From the human T2T-CHM13v2.0 reference genome, Homo sapiens: 64,000 bases of DNA. The position numbers were made by a program, and so were the translations under genes. Below, one piece after another: positions 26,650 through 39,570 of this stretch. The notes beneath the pieces were generated by a model. That model saw only the letters and a list, made by a program, of their open reading frames with translations. It was not told the origin of the DNA and searched no databases. How positions within the stretch are numbered: the stretch's first letter is position 1; each line of letters opens with the position of its first letter. The stretch lies in NCBI RefSeq assembly GCF_009914755.1, contig NC_060943.1, one strand, 5' to 3'.

Positions 26650-27103
26650 TAAAATGTTCCTGGGTACATGTGCAGGACTTGCAGGTTTTTTATACAGGTA
26701 AAACATGTGCCAGGGTCGTTTGTTTCACCTATCAACCCATCACCCAGGTATTAAGCCCAGCATGCATTAGCTCTTTTCCCTAATGCTCTCCCCCTGCCCC
26801 TGCCAACAGGCTTCAGTGTGTGTTGTTCCCCTCCCTGTGTCCATGTGAACTTATTGTTCAGTTCTCACTTAAAAGTGAGAACATGCAGTGTTTGGTTTTC
26901 TGTTCCTGCATCAGTTTGCTGAGGATGATAGCTTCCAGCTTCATCAATGTTCCTGCAAAGCACATGATCTCGTTCCTTTTATGACTGCATAGTATTCCAT
27001 GGTGTATATGTGCCACATTTTCTTTATCCAGTCTATCATTGATGGGCATTTGTGTTGATTCCATGTCTTTGCTATTGTGAATAGTTCTGCAATGAACATA
27101 CAC
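26650..27103 (-). mobile_element. L1PA (PA8-PA10-like) 3' segment, non-inverted part
   Basis: ORF2 C-terminus [29 protein letters not shown] on minus; 3' UTR ccaggtattaagcccagcatgcattagct. Confidence 0.92.
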
Positions 27104-27357
27104 ACAACCCCAGTAAAATGTGGGCAAGGGAAATAAACAAACACTTCTCAAAAGAAGACATACATGCAGCCAGCAAACATACAAAAAAAAGCTCAACATC
27201 ACTGATCATTAGAGAAATGCAAATCAAAACCACAATGAGATACCACCTCATGCTAGTCGGAGCGGTGATAATTAAAAAGTCAAGAAACAACAGATGCTGG
27301 TGAGGTGGTGGAGAAATAGGAACGCTTTTACACTGCTGGTGAGAATGTAAATTAGTT
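27104..27357 (+). mobile_element. L1PA inverted 5' segment of the same insertion
   Basis: [17 protein letters not shown]...[12 protein letters not shown] on plus, abutting the minus segment. Confidence 0.9.
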
Positions 27358-28167
27358 GATTTCTAAATTTTTAAGCAGGATACGTAAAATGCAACCAATA
27401 ATGTTCAGCTTCTGGTGGAATTCTCAGAAAATTCCATTCCTTATTCTCCAAAGAAAAACATGTTTGTAGCCCCTCTCAATCCACCTTAGTAGATCCAGAA
27501 GTCCTAACACCCCCAAACTCTAATACTAGTTGAATGCAAATTATTAATTTCACAGTAAAACCAATATGAAGATGGTAATAAAAAGAAGTCATTATGTTCT
27601 CTCAGATACATTCTTTCCATGCTTACAACTAATATCTGTCTCCTGAGAATCTGTTAGCTTGCATCAATTCTTGCCACTTTGAAATGAATTAGGGACCAGT
27701 ATATTGGGATTGGCAAAAGAGAGAATTCCTGAAGACTGGCAAGCACACTCCTACCACCTCCTTCTTGAAACCACTCCAACCCCAGCTCTTTATCTGATTG
27801 TGTTAGGGAGGCTAGGTCTGATCCAACATGGAATGTCACGATGTGATGGGAGTCAGGAAATCTGTCTCAACTCTGCCACTGTGTAACCATGGGTAAGCCC
27901 TTTGTTTTCACTCCCCCACATTGCCTTATCTGACAATCTCTCATTTGTCTTGGCTAAGAATTATAGGAATCATTTTGTGTAAAGATTCCTGAAAATATAA
28001 ACCAACCATGGGGACCCTCCTTAACATTCCATCATCAAACTTTCAAACATACTGCATCTGTTCCCATCTTCCATTTTTCCTTCCTGTTGCAGTGAGCAAC
28101 TCTTCTTGCACCTAAGGCCAACTAATCCACCTACACTTGGGATCTCGGCCTTTTCTGTCTTCTAAGA

Positions 28168-28377
28168 CAGTGGTTCTTAATCCTGGCTGCACATGTGAAT
28201 CACCTAGTGAGCTTCTATTGAACACACACACACACACACGCACACACACACACATACCCCATGCCCCAACCTGCCTCCAGAAAGGAACTGTGGGGGATAG
28301 GAATAGAATCTTGGACATCAACATTTTTTCAAAGTTCTCCAGGAAATTTGAATGCACAACCAGAGTTGAGAAAATCT
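28168..28377. mobile_element. MER5-type hAT transposon with internal (CA)n
   Basis: cagtggttcttaatcctggctgcacatgtgaatcacct ... ctccagg...aatgcacaaccagagttgagaa. Confidence 0.75.
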
Positions 28378-28879
28378 AATCTAGAAAAATTGTGCAATCC
28401 ATTATTGTTTCTGTGGGCACTGGTTCCTTCCCATTCCCACCATGCATTTAGAACACAATTAAGTCCCCTACTACAAAAGTTCCTCCCTAAGTCCCTCCAC
28501 CCCTCTCTGACTATCACCCAATTGTCTCCTCACAATATATTGCCATTTGTACTTGTTTCATTCGATTTTCTTAAACCTTAAACCTGTGGTCATTTTTGTC
28601 ACCTACTTCTTTCTCACTTCCATAAAATCCATAAACTCTATCCAAGGTATTTCTTGAATATACTCCTTTTTCTCCACTTTCATTGCCTTCTCTTCAGTTC
28701 AAACCATCAACTTTTCTCCATGACTTGCTGTAGCTAGTGGCCTCCATCTAGGTTTTCCTCTATCCACTTGGTCTGAACCACATCCTCACGCATACATCAC
28801 AGAGCACCAGAGAAACTTCACAGTGGCACAACCCACATCATGAGTTTCTTTCACATTTCAACTCTTGTAATGCTTCTGT

Positions 28880-28994
28880 ACATTCAAAGACATCATTAAG
28901 AAGTGAATAGATAAGCTATAGACTGGAAGAATATATTACAACAACAACACACACACACAAAACACAATACACACCCACAAAACACAATACATGC

Positions 28995-29027
<33 letters not shown>

Positions 29028-29690
29028 TTGTATCTGGATACAAATAATTAGGTCCAGAATATTTTAATAGTGTTTAGAAATTCTAAAAGAGAAAGCAATG
29101 AGACCAATAGAAAAAAAATGCAAAGCAGCCATTTACAAAAATGGCCTTGTATTAATCAGAGAAATGCAATTTGAAACCATAACGACACACCAATTCCCTC
29201 CTCCAAAATGGGATGATATTAGAGAGCCTGGCAATATCAAGCATTGGAAATAGGAATTAAAATAGGCAGCTGGAGGTTATACAAATAGATACAACCACTC
29301 TGCAGAACAATTAAATTTAAAAACATGCATACCCTGTAACCCAACATCTCTACTCCTAACTTTTCAACTAAGAAAAATTTGTACATATATATATAAATAT
29401 GTAGCTATGAGAATGTTTATGGCAGTATGACTTATAGTAGCAAAGAAAAAAAGAGATGCTTATAGAGTCATCAAAGGAGAATAACAATTCCTGCAATGGA
29501 ATACTATGTAGCAGTGAAAATGAATGGCTCACAGAAAAGGAAATCATTGAGATTGAATCTAATAAACATGATGTAGAGCAGGTGCAAGTGACATAAGATA
29601 TCAGACAGTGTGATCATTTCATAAAGCCTAAAGGAAATAAAAATACTGTATTTGCCTAGAGATGTGTACATATTATCAAAGCTTTCACGA
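28880..29690 (+). mobile_element. Old L1ME-type 3' region with (CA)n at 28996-29026
   Basis: atcagagaaatgcaatttgaaaccataac, gagaatgtttatggcag, caatggaatactatgtagcagtgaaaatgaat. Confidence 0.75.
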
Positions 29691-29699
29691 AAAGGAGTG

Positions 29700-30124
29700 T
29701 GAAGTTAGGACTTAAGTACAGATCGTTTATTTGGGAGGTGATCCCAGAAAACAACTGTAGGGGAGAGGAGAAGCGACAGGGAAGGGAAAGCAGCCAATAA
29801 GAAGTGTGCTACTTAGCCAGCTAGTCGTTGGCACTTAATCCTGCAGGGAAATTCTATGTCCTGTGATAGCTCATCAGAGTGGGGAGAGACCTGGGGTATT
29901 TATACACCAACTCCGGTCCACCTTTTTCTGAAAGCTGCAGAGGAGGAGGAATTAACCCCTAGCACTTCTAGTCTCACACAGTGGTGGCCAAGTAACCTCT
30001 GGTGGCCAGAGAAAGCCCTCAGGCAAAACAACAAAAACAAAAATAAATTACTAGTTGATCCCTAATGCACTAAAATGAAAAAGGTGAGGAAATGTGGGTG
30101 GAGCTCTTGACAGCAGCTGCCATA
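29700..30124 (-). mobile_element. LTR33-like ERVL LTR
   Basis: gtttatttgggaggtgatcccagaaaaca...agggaagggaaagcagccaataa, ggggtatttatacaccaactcc, gagaaagccctcaggca. Confidence 0.7.
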
Positions 30125-30274
30125 TATAATGAGCTAAGAGCATACAAACAAGCAGAAGAATGAGAATGCCATATCCAGAATAGATTAATTTTGAGAGCTA
30201 AGAAGGGGGTTTAACCAAGGAGAAATACATCAGTGTAACTACTTTTATTTTGTTTTATTTCTTAGGCTTTTAGA

Positions 30275-30595
30275 TGGGTAGCTGTAGGAAACAGCCTGAA
30301 GCCTGGATTGAGTAAACAGTCCCTTATCCACAAAGGTGAGGTCAGGGTATTGGAAGACCACAGGGATAGTGGTGGATTTAAACACTGGCTGGGCGCAAGG
30401 GGAAAGGGCAGAGAGAAGTTGCAGAAACCCAGAACCAGAAATAAATACCGCTTCACTCTCCTTGCATCCTCCAGTCTCCTTTGATCACACCAAGCAAGAA
30501 GCCAGAGGTGGCCAGAGGAGTCACCCTTCCAGGCACAGAGTGGGTGGGAAGGTGGAGAGTTGACCTGGAGGCAAAGAGAAGGTGATGAGCACAGT
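30275..30595 (-). mobile_element. Old MLT1 (M/N/O-like) LTR remnant
   Basis: agaagccagaggtggcc...ccttccaggcacagag...gggaaggtggagagttgacctggaggcaaa. Confidence 0.45.
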
Positions 30596-30608
30596 TGGTG
30601 TGAGTTGT

Positions 30609-30947
30609 TTTTTATATATATATAAATTTTATTTATTTATATATATATTTTTTATTTATATATATATTTTATATATATATTTTATATATATATATTTTAT
30701 ATATATATTTTATATATATTTTATATATATATTTTATATATATTTTATATATATATATTTTATATATATTTTATATATATATTTTATATATATATAAATT
30801 TTATATATATATTTATTTATATATATATTTTATTTATATATATATGGAAGTATTATATATATATGGAAGTATTCTATATATATATATGGAAGTATTCTAT
30901 ATATATATATATGGAAGTATTCTATATATATATATATATATGGAAGT

Positions 30948-31006
<59 letters not shown>

Positions 31007-31041
31007 AAGTATTCCATATATATATATATAGAATACTTCCA
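30609..31041. repeat. AT-rich compound repeat: (TA)n/TTTTA units, then six (TA)n-TGGAAGTATT units and one inverted unit
   Basis: Directly visible; GGAAGTATT at 30846, 30865, 30888, 30913, 30942, 31005; inverted gaatacttcca at 31031-31041. Confidence 0.95.
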
Positions 31042-31915
31042 GTATAGCTGAAAACATTTAAGAAATATCTCCCTAATGGCATTAGATTGCCTTGGTGTTA
31101 GATCGCTTTGGTGTTAGAACACCAAAACCTAATATGGCCATCTGGTCCGCCTCCCACCCCATTCTGTAGGCCCTGCTAGGGCCACCTCCATGGTGCACTT
31201 TTGTCACTTGCCTCCTTGTGGCCCTGTGATCCTCCATCCTTTCCTGTCCTCAGGGTTTCCGCAGATGCATCTCCTCTGGCATTAAATACTTTTCTCCCCT
31301 TGCCTTTGCTCAGCCAACCCTTATTTAACTCTAAGGCTCCCATTTAAATATTTCACTCCAAAGAAGCTCTCCCTGATACCCCAGACCACAGAAGTCCATC
31401 TGGTGCATACATTCTGTATGTGTTATTCTCCCTGCTAATTACACTTTAATAGCTTATTTATGATATCATCAGCACCGGCACCACACGCTCAATAGCCACG
31501 ATCTCTTTGGGTTCTGAGGACACAGACAAAATAAGAATCTGGACTTTTTCCGTCACATAGCCTCTGTTACCCCAGTGGAGGCTCACCCCCTTTTCAAGGC
31601 TCACTGAGAAACAGAAAATGACAACGATTTTGGAAACCCCAGTATTAAAATATCTTCTCCAGGTTTCTTACCTCATCCTTGCAACATGGTGATGCTCATT
31701 TAACCCCAGGGCCTTAGCTCCTTGTAAAATCCATGCCTAACACCCACGCACAAAAAATGCAGCATGGAGCTTGGAAGGTCTTTAGGAGGAGGTTTGAGAA
31801 ACCCTAGTGCTCGAGGAATTTCAAATCCATCTCCATGATTCAATGATATAAATTCTGAATTTTTCTTTCTGAAATTTAAGATCTCTGATAGAAGATGACT
31901 GTAACATAAGTGATG

Positions 31916-32278
<363 letters not shown>

Positions 32279-35200
32279 CTAGGTCCACAATGGGTCACCA
32301 GGTCACCCCCAGGCAGGCAGGTATCCCTCGTGGCCACACCTGAAGAAACAGTGGAGCCCAGGCTATTGTCTGGAGCAAATCACAGACACAGGACTGGGAA
32401 AGGACCTAACTAGAACCAAATCCATGCCCATGTAAATAGGAATATCATTAAATATATAAAGAAACATGTAACATATAAATAGAGGCATCAACATATATGT
32501 AAATAAAAATTAGAATAGAAATGTTTATAGATACAACAGTCTAGGGCTGTGTGCCATTCTATAGCAGTGTTTTTCTACATAGGAGGAAAGCAAACATATA
32601 TACATATACATGAACCTTTACATAGACATGTATATGTGTGTGTGTATATATAACGTATATATTCATATTTAAATAGATACTGTTAATTATTTATAGGTAT
32701 ATATAAATACCTATACATATAGAAATAACATACATACATATAAATGTCTACTTGAGATATACACACCACAGCGTGGTGTTATGCTGGTATGTGCCAACCT
32801 CTCACACCTGGCAAGGCCACTCTGCTCAATGGTGTCTCTTGAGAGGGCAGGGTCGGCCGGCCTCTCCCTGGGGGAAAGGCCCACCTTCCTTTGTTCTGCT
32901 GTCTTCCAAGTTCCTCCACCTTTGCATGCAGAGTGAACAGGTGGTGCCAGTCTGTAGGCAAGAGCCACTGCAGGCCTGGACCGGGGTGTAAACATGATGT
33001 GGAGCCACAGCAACTGAGCGTCCACCAATCACCAAGCTGGGCAAGAACACGCAGTGACAATGCCCTCTGCCCTCCCGCACCCTCCCCAGACTTCTGTGAG
33101 TGTCAATGTCAAGACTCCACACCAAACATTTTATGCTGAGTCTGGAAGTTGGCAGTTTGCTTTTATTCACAACCCTGGGCAAACCTGTGCAGGAGATATA
33201 ATCATTTTCCCAAACCAAGGGTGAGGTATGTATCTCAGGAGAGCTAAGTTGGTGGCCTCCTCCACAGAGGACCTCATATAGGTCCACCTTTGAGTTTTGG
33301 GTGCTGTTATAAACCAGGTAAGTCTCTTCCCTAGCATCACATGGTTATTAACGGGCAGAGTTAGCATTAACCCTGGTATGATCCCAAAAATCCCATGCCT
33401 TCTGCTGTAGCAAGACTGCCCGGAGTGAGTGTGGCCCCTGGGTGCGACCCCCAACCCACCCTCCCCATTGCCAGGCAACCTTCATCCCCTGAGAGTCCCT
33501 CCACCCAACAGACCCCCTGCTCCATAAAGATGCAAGGTGGCTCCCAAGCGCTCCCTCTGGGGAGCTCAGTCCTGGCCTCACCTTTCCAGACATGGAGCAA
33601 TTTCTCTCTGAGACAGGCAGGGAACATAATGAATGAACAAGACCTTAAGGAAAAAAGAGAGCAAATCATATTTTTCTTTCTTTTGAGATAAAAATAATAT
33701 GCCTGCACATCAGATCTCCTGTGACAGAGCTAATATCCAGGAGCAAAATCAGAAAAAGCATCCTCCTCTTGCTAATAATGTGAACATAACAACGGGCTCC
33801 TCTGACGACCACAGTGCCACAAAAGTCCCTGTCAAGCCATAGTCTGCAATGAGACCTATGAGAGTTCAAGAGGAAAGTCTTCCCTTTGCTTCACTTTATC
33901 CCTATTCGCTAAGTACAGCCAGAAAATAACCGTAAAAATTAACCTAAAGCTTAATGGCTTATGTAAGAATGCCTTAATAAAAATATGTTGGCAAGGTTAT
34001 TGAACTATACAATTAAACCCCTCCCACTCGATACTTTTCAGTCTAATTTCTATCTAAAGCTTATTCAGCAAACCCAAATGCCAATGCTCTCCTTCAATTT
34101 CCACTTCTTTGAACCTGCTAATTTACGAATAAGAAAGGATTTATTTGTGTTATTAGCCACATGTAACCGCTTGTTGAAAAAGTACTTTTAAATACTGAAA
34201 TCCTGAGATGCCTCGAGATTCACCAAATATCTGAAGGATGACTTTGATTTTTTTTTCTTCCACAAGCTGTGTTTGATTTACATCAATTAGGCCCTCCACA
34301 TAAGGTATCATATAACAGGAAGGCTAATAACCCAGAAATAACCTCATTAAAAGAGACAGCATATCGGTCTAAACAGAATGAACTCTAAGCAGAAAAATTA
34401 GTGACCTGGAAAGTAGCAGGGAGAGGTAATGGCAGTACCAAGAAAAAATACATCCCCGTTAGCAAGTCAAAGGAGAAATCACCAGCAATAATGTAAGAAT
34501 ACAATAGAGGCAGAAGCAGAACATTTTTGTAATGTTTTTAATCTGTTCAAATCCTGGAACATGCAATTTATTTTTCACCTGGTCAAAAATACTCTCTGAA
34601 ATCATGCATGTATTCCTTGTAGACTCAGGCACACAAAAGGGACCCTCGCACCAGCCTGTCCCTAAGTGGGATGTGTTGACTGTGTCTCTAAGGTCAGCTG
34701 GTTTCCAGGGCTCTGAATTTTCCCACCATCGTGAACACTTTCTCAGATGGGTGAGCCCCTCTTGGACTGCCACCCACCTGATACCAGCTTATGCCAGGAA
34801 TTTTTCTCCTTGACATAAAGATGCAATCTGCTCTATCTTATGGCACAGCCCATCAGAAACACAAAGCTCCCCTTCTGCAACTCCTTGTTGACTCCAAGTT
34901 CCCCCCTCCCACCAAATTCCCATTTTGTGGGCGTTTTGTAAATGCATGGTTTGCCAAGAAATGACTGTTTCTACGAAGCCTCGTGCATGTGGTGTTTTTT
35001 GTTTGTTTGTTTTTGTTTTTGTTTTTTAAAAAAAGAACAAGAAGGTGGTCACATCAGAGGGAAGCCATTTCTAATGGTAAAATGCAGCAGAAAGAGGAAA
35101 TATAGGTGTTGCCCCCAGCTCCCTGGACCTGAAGAGTCTGGTGCATCATGGGAGATCCTGGAAGACTGTATTCAAATGCTGCTCAGCTCCTGAGTCAACA

Positions 35201-36394
35201 GAGTGATGCTTAATTAAAGAAATAGAGATAAGCTTTAAATGTGTGTAAGTGTTTTTACAGAGCACATTAAGACAGGGATTGTAGTGGAGTCCCTGAGAAC
35301 CTCCTGATTCACTCTTATCTGAATTTCCCATGGGCCATTCCTGGGCAGGTCAAGCCAGCAGATAAAATTCACTTCTCCGGGGACCCTGGCTTTTGAGGAA
35401 TTCCCCAGCAGCAGGGCATACGGGAGCCCAAGACCTTGCACAACCCCAGAAGAGGATCAGAAAGTAGGAGGCCAGAGCCTAGGAGACCTCGGGAAGAGGC
35501 TGAGGCCTCAGCCTCAAATGACCAATGCTGGGGCCACCTCCAGGGCTTTGGGGCTCGGGGCCAATTCCAGTCATGCAATCTGCATCATTCATCTCCTGCC
35601 CCATTCCTACTTAGAGTTCAGAGTACCAGGATGTGAGCCAGAAATCTTGATACTACCTTGAGGTCTGAAGGGAGACTCATGACTGTACAAAGAAGCCTGG
35701 CAGGATATCTGGTACTTCCTGCAGCCCATCTCCCTGCCACTCCTCTGATCTCCATGAAATCACACCTCCAGATGGACAGGTAACTGTGAGACTATGTGGC
35801 CTGGACCACTAGGTCAACACACTGCTCCTGGTTTTCAGCTGACACTCCCTTTCTTTCTCCAATGAACCCTCTGATCCAGCACCTCGCCTCCCCTTGGGAG
35901 CCAAGCTCACGCTCACCTACATGCCTTTGCCCTTATGCCCTTTCCCAGACCCACCATCGCCCCAGGCAGCCTCCTTCCTCTCCTCCTAGCCTAACCCACA
36001 CAACTCTCAAGTACAAGCTCATTTCCCAGCACCCCAGAAACCCTTCTCAATGCTGTCTGTCACTTCCAGCATCACCTCCCGGCCTAGCTCTAGAATCATG
36101 CAATCCCTCCCTTTTTGTTTGGTTCTGTTCCTTAACTATTCTGGAAAGATGACAAAAGCAAATTCTGCTTCCCTAGGGCAGGAACCACAGATATGGGTTC
36201 CTGCATGGCCAGGGCTGATAGTTCAGCAAAGGCGACTTGGAGAGGACACTGGCCAATGGAGGGGATTAAGGGGACAGCTGTTTCCATGTGGTTAGGTCAG
36301 ACCAGCACTGCCAAATGCAAATGTTCTCTTTTACCAAAAAAAAAATAAATAAATTTAGAAATTATAATTTTTATGTGAAATCTTCTGGGGTTGG

Positions 36395-36994
36395 TGAAGG
36401 AAATAATGTATACAGTGATCTATTTCCAAGCCAAAGTGCCCTAAGTAGGCTTCGGTCAGCAAACTACAGAAGTAACAGGATATACTAGGCCCCTGCTTCC
36501 ATAGCCAATGCCTGATTGTCAGCCTCCCGCTTCCTCCCACCTTAGTTGCCTTCACCTGAGCCAAAAGTGCAGTCTAAGATGAAAGTTTACTAGCTTGCGA
36601 AATAGCTCATTTTGTCTGTTCTTATCAGCCTGCCCAGCTACTTAGATCATAAGTCAAATACTTAAAGAGCCCCTAAGCTAACTAGGATTGCAATGCATTG
36701 TGGGCTGCGACAAAATGGAGCAAGACAACCCAAAAAAAAAAAAAACACCTAGAGCCTCTACCCAACAATCAATAGGCAACATCCGGGAAGACTGTGACAG
36801 CATAGTACTCAGCCTATGAGGAGCTGGGGGAGGGACCTGTGCCCTAAGAGATAAATTGCTTGTTGAAACTGTGCTGGGTGTGCCTGTCTATCAAAAACAT
36901 TCAGTCTTGCAAGACCATCATTAAAAGTCTCACTTTCGCTGTTCTCTGGGTCTCTGAGTCCATTCTTTGGGCTTGGATGGGTGAGTTTCTCACA
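36395..36994 (+). mobile_element. ERV1 solo LTR (LTR36-like), 600 bp
   Basis: TG...CA termini, perfect 4-bp TSD ttgg (36391-36394, 36995-36998), ATTAAA signal near 36920; family name from recall. Confidence 0.82.
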
Positions 36995-38104
36995 TTGGCA
37001 ACCTATGCTACAGCAGTTTTAAGCATGAGTTAGCCAGGCAGAGCCTATTGGTGGCCATCCCAGTGCATGACCTGGAGGCTGCATGCTCCCTCCCAGGTGA
37101 TGGGAAGCGGCTTCCCAGGGGCCTTTCTTTCTCCAATAAACTCGCTGATCCAGCACCTCACCTCACCCAGGGAGCCAAGCTCATGCCCTAGTAGGTTTGA
37201 GTAGGTTTCTCTGGCCTGTTGCATCTTCCCACACCCCTGCTGCTAGGTGCCCACCTCTCCTACAGCCTACCTGGCTGCAGCCCAGGTGTGGGAAGATAGA
37301 AGGGACCAGAGAAAAGCTGGGTATCTCCCACCTCATGCCCCACAACAAGACAAGGCTTCCTCCCCGGGTTCCCTCCTGCAGTGGGTGGGGCCATCCCAGC
37401 TTTTCTTACAGCATCATATCATTAAAGCAAAAAAAAAGAAAAAAAAAAGAAAAAACCACAACCCTAAAGTGTTTCATGTGACTCCGTGAGGGCTGCCAGA
37501 GAGCTAAGAGCTTCTTAAGCAGCTTCCTTCCAAGCCATTTGGGCCCCTTCTATAAATAAAGCTTTAGACAATTTTGCAAAAGGATATTTATTTACCTGAT
37601 AGATCATAACAGCTCCTGCTCCTGCGGTGTCTTTAGCCCTGTTGGGTGATCTTTGAGCACTTAGCTCCCTCTCACCTAGTTAGGCCTCTTTTTGGACAGC
37701 AAAAGAAAAAAATAATATAGAGTTGAGCTCCTTGGAGGAGCAGGCACCTGACGTGGGGTGGTCCTCCTCGCCGTGGGCTCACTCTGATCCAAGCCATTAA
37801 CACAGAGGCGGCAGCAAATGCCAAGGGGAAATTATTAATAAGCAATGTCTGGAAGACTCCAAGCCAGCACGAACATTTCTAAAGTGGCAAAGGGAAGAGG
37901 CGGGAATGGGGGGAGGAGGGAACCACCGTTGCACATTTCTCAGAAGAGCAGGACCAAGAGGAAAACAGAAGAGAACAACCCGAGGAAGATGAATGATTAC
38001 AAGGGAAGCAGTTCTTTCCCTCTCTGGGTTTCACCTGCTTCGATTTTGAGGTATCCCTACATGCTTTTCTTGCTTCAAATTGTGCAGAGGAAGGGCTTAG
38101 CTCG

Positions 38105-38315
38105 GGCATTCTCAGCACTGGCACTACTGATATTTTGAGGCCAGACCATCCTTGTTGGGGACAGACCTGGGTATCGTAGGATGCCTTTTGGCATCCCTGG
38201 CCTCTACCTGTGTCATGCCAGGAGCAGCCCCCTCTCCTAGTGTGACAACTGCAGCATCTCCAGGCATTGACAAGTGGCTTCTGGGGAGAAGAATCACCCA
38301 TGGTTGAGAACTGCT
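38105..38315 (-). mobile_element. MER20
   Basis: gcatccctggcctctacc...gtgacaact...tctccaggcattgacaa...atcacccatggttgagaactgctg. Confidence 0.85.
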
Positions 38316-38384
38316 GAAATTAGACATAGAGATAAAATTGAGGATCAGTGCAGAAAAAAATCAGAAAGGTCAGGAAAAGACCAA

Positions 38385-38610
38385 GACAGTGGACCTGAGT
38401 TCCAATCCCAGCTCCGCCGCTTCCCGGGTGACCTTGATTGAATGACTTCCTATCTGGGTCTTAATTTTTTTTTTCACTTATAAAATGGGATTATAATTAA
38501 CCATGCCAACCACATAAGATATTGGTGAGAGTTGAAACATTATTCGTGTCCTGTCCTCAGCACAAAGCTTGGGGCAGAATTTAAAAATCAAAAATCACCC
38601 ATTATTATTG
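38385..38610 (+). mobile_element. MIR
   Basis: gacctgagttccaatcccagctccgcc...gtgaccttg...tataaaatgggattataat. Confidence 0.7.
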
Positions 38611-38799
38611 TAACAATGTTTATCAGCGTATGCAAAATAGTCTCTCTCACAACCTACCACACATGAAGGGTTCCAATTCCTCTGACCAGTGTGCTTCCAT
38701 TCATCCCAAGAAGCCTTTGCTGTGTGGAGGCCGATTAGCAATTACCTCCCACCCCCCTTAAAGTTATATTCCAGGAAGACCTGATGCAGAGACTGAAAC

Positions 38800-39570
38800 T
38801 ATTTGCATCAGTCATGGTTGGTTGTAAGTGACTGGAACCCACACTTAAACAGAAGAGGAGTGCCCCAGAATGCTGAGGATAGCTCCAGATCCCAGAATCA
38901 AAAAAGAAGGCCGTGGAGCCTGGCTTAGCACAGGGCAGAACCAGAGCAAATCTGTGCCCCTGACAGCAGAGACCAATCCATGCCACTGTTGGAGTATGAT
39001 CTCTGGAATTAGTTAGTGCCAGTCTTTTTTTTCTTCTTTGTTCTCACATCTCTCTGCTCAAGATTCACAGTCCCAGGAGGCATCTGGGTGCGGTGGCTCA
39101 CACTTTTAATCCCAGCACTTTGGGAACCCAAGATGGGAGGATCACTTGAGGCCAGGAGTTCAAGAACAGCCTGGGCAACAGAGCAAGACTCTATCTTTAC
39201 AAAAGATTAAAAAATTAGCCAGGCATGGTGGCATGTGATAGCTACTCAGGAAGCTAAGGCAAGAGGGTTCCTTGAGCCCAGGAGTTTGAGGCTACAGTGA
39301 GCTGTCATTGCACTGTTGCACTCCAGCCTGGGTGACAGAGCAAGAGCCTGCCTCGAAAAAAAAAAAAAAAAAAATCCCAGGAGAGAATGTGATTGACTAC
39401 CTGGAGTCTCATGCTCAACCCTGACCTGGGTGAGTAGCAGGCACTTTGATTGACAGGTCTTCTAAGCCCTACCTCAGGAGGAAGGGGGAGGGTCATTTCT
39501 AATAGGAAATTGGAGTGCTGTTATCCCAAAAAAGAAACAGAACATGGAGAGCTGATAAAAGCAACACTCA
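38800..39570 (-). mobile_element. Old MLT1 (K/L/M-like) LTR split by AluJ
   Basis: ttggttgtaagtgactggaaccca; gagaatgtgattgac; ggaaattggagtgctgttat. Confidence 0.5.
39082..39374 (+). mobile_element. AluJ
   Basis: Dimeric Alu with A tail; TSD tcccaggag (39071-39079, 39375-39383). Confidence 0.93.

Noticed and set aside
30582-31057. Ile/Tyr-rich ORFs
   Set aside because: Translation of (TA)n repeats
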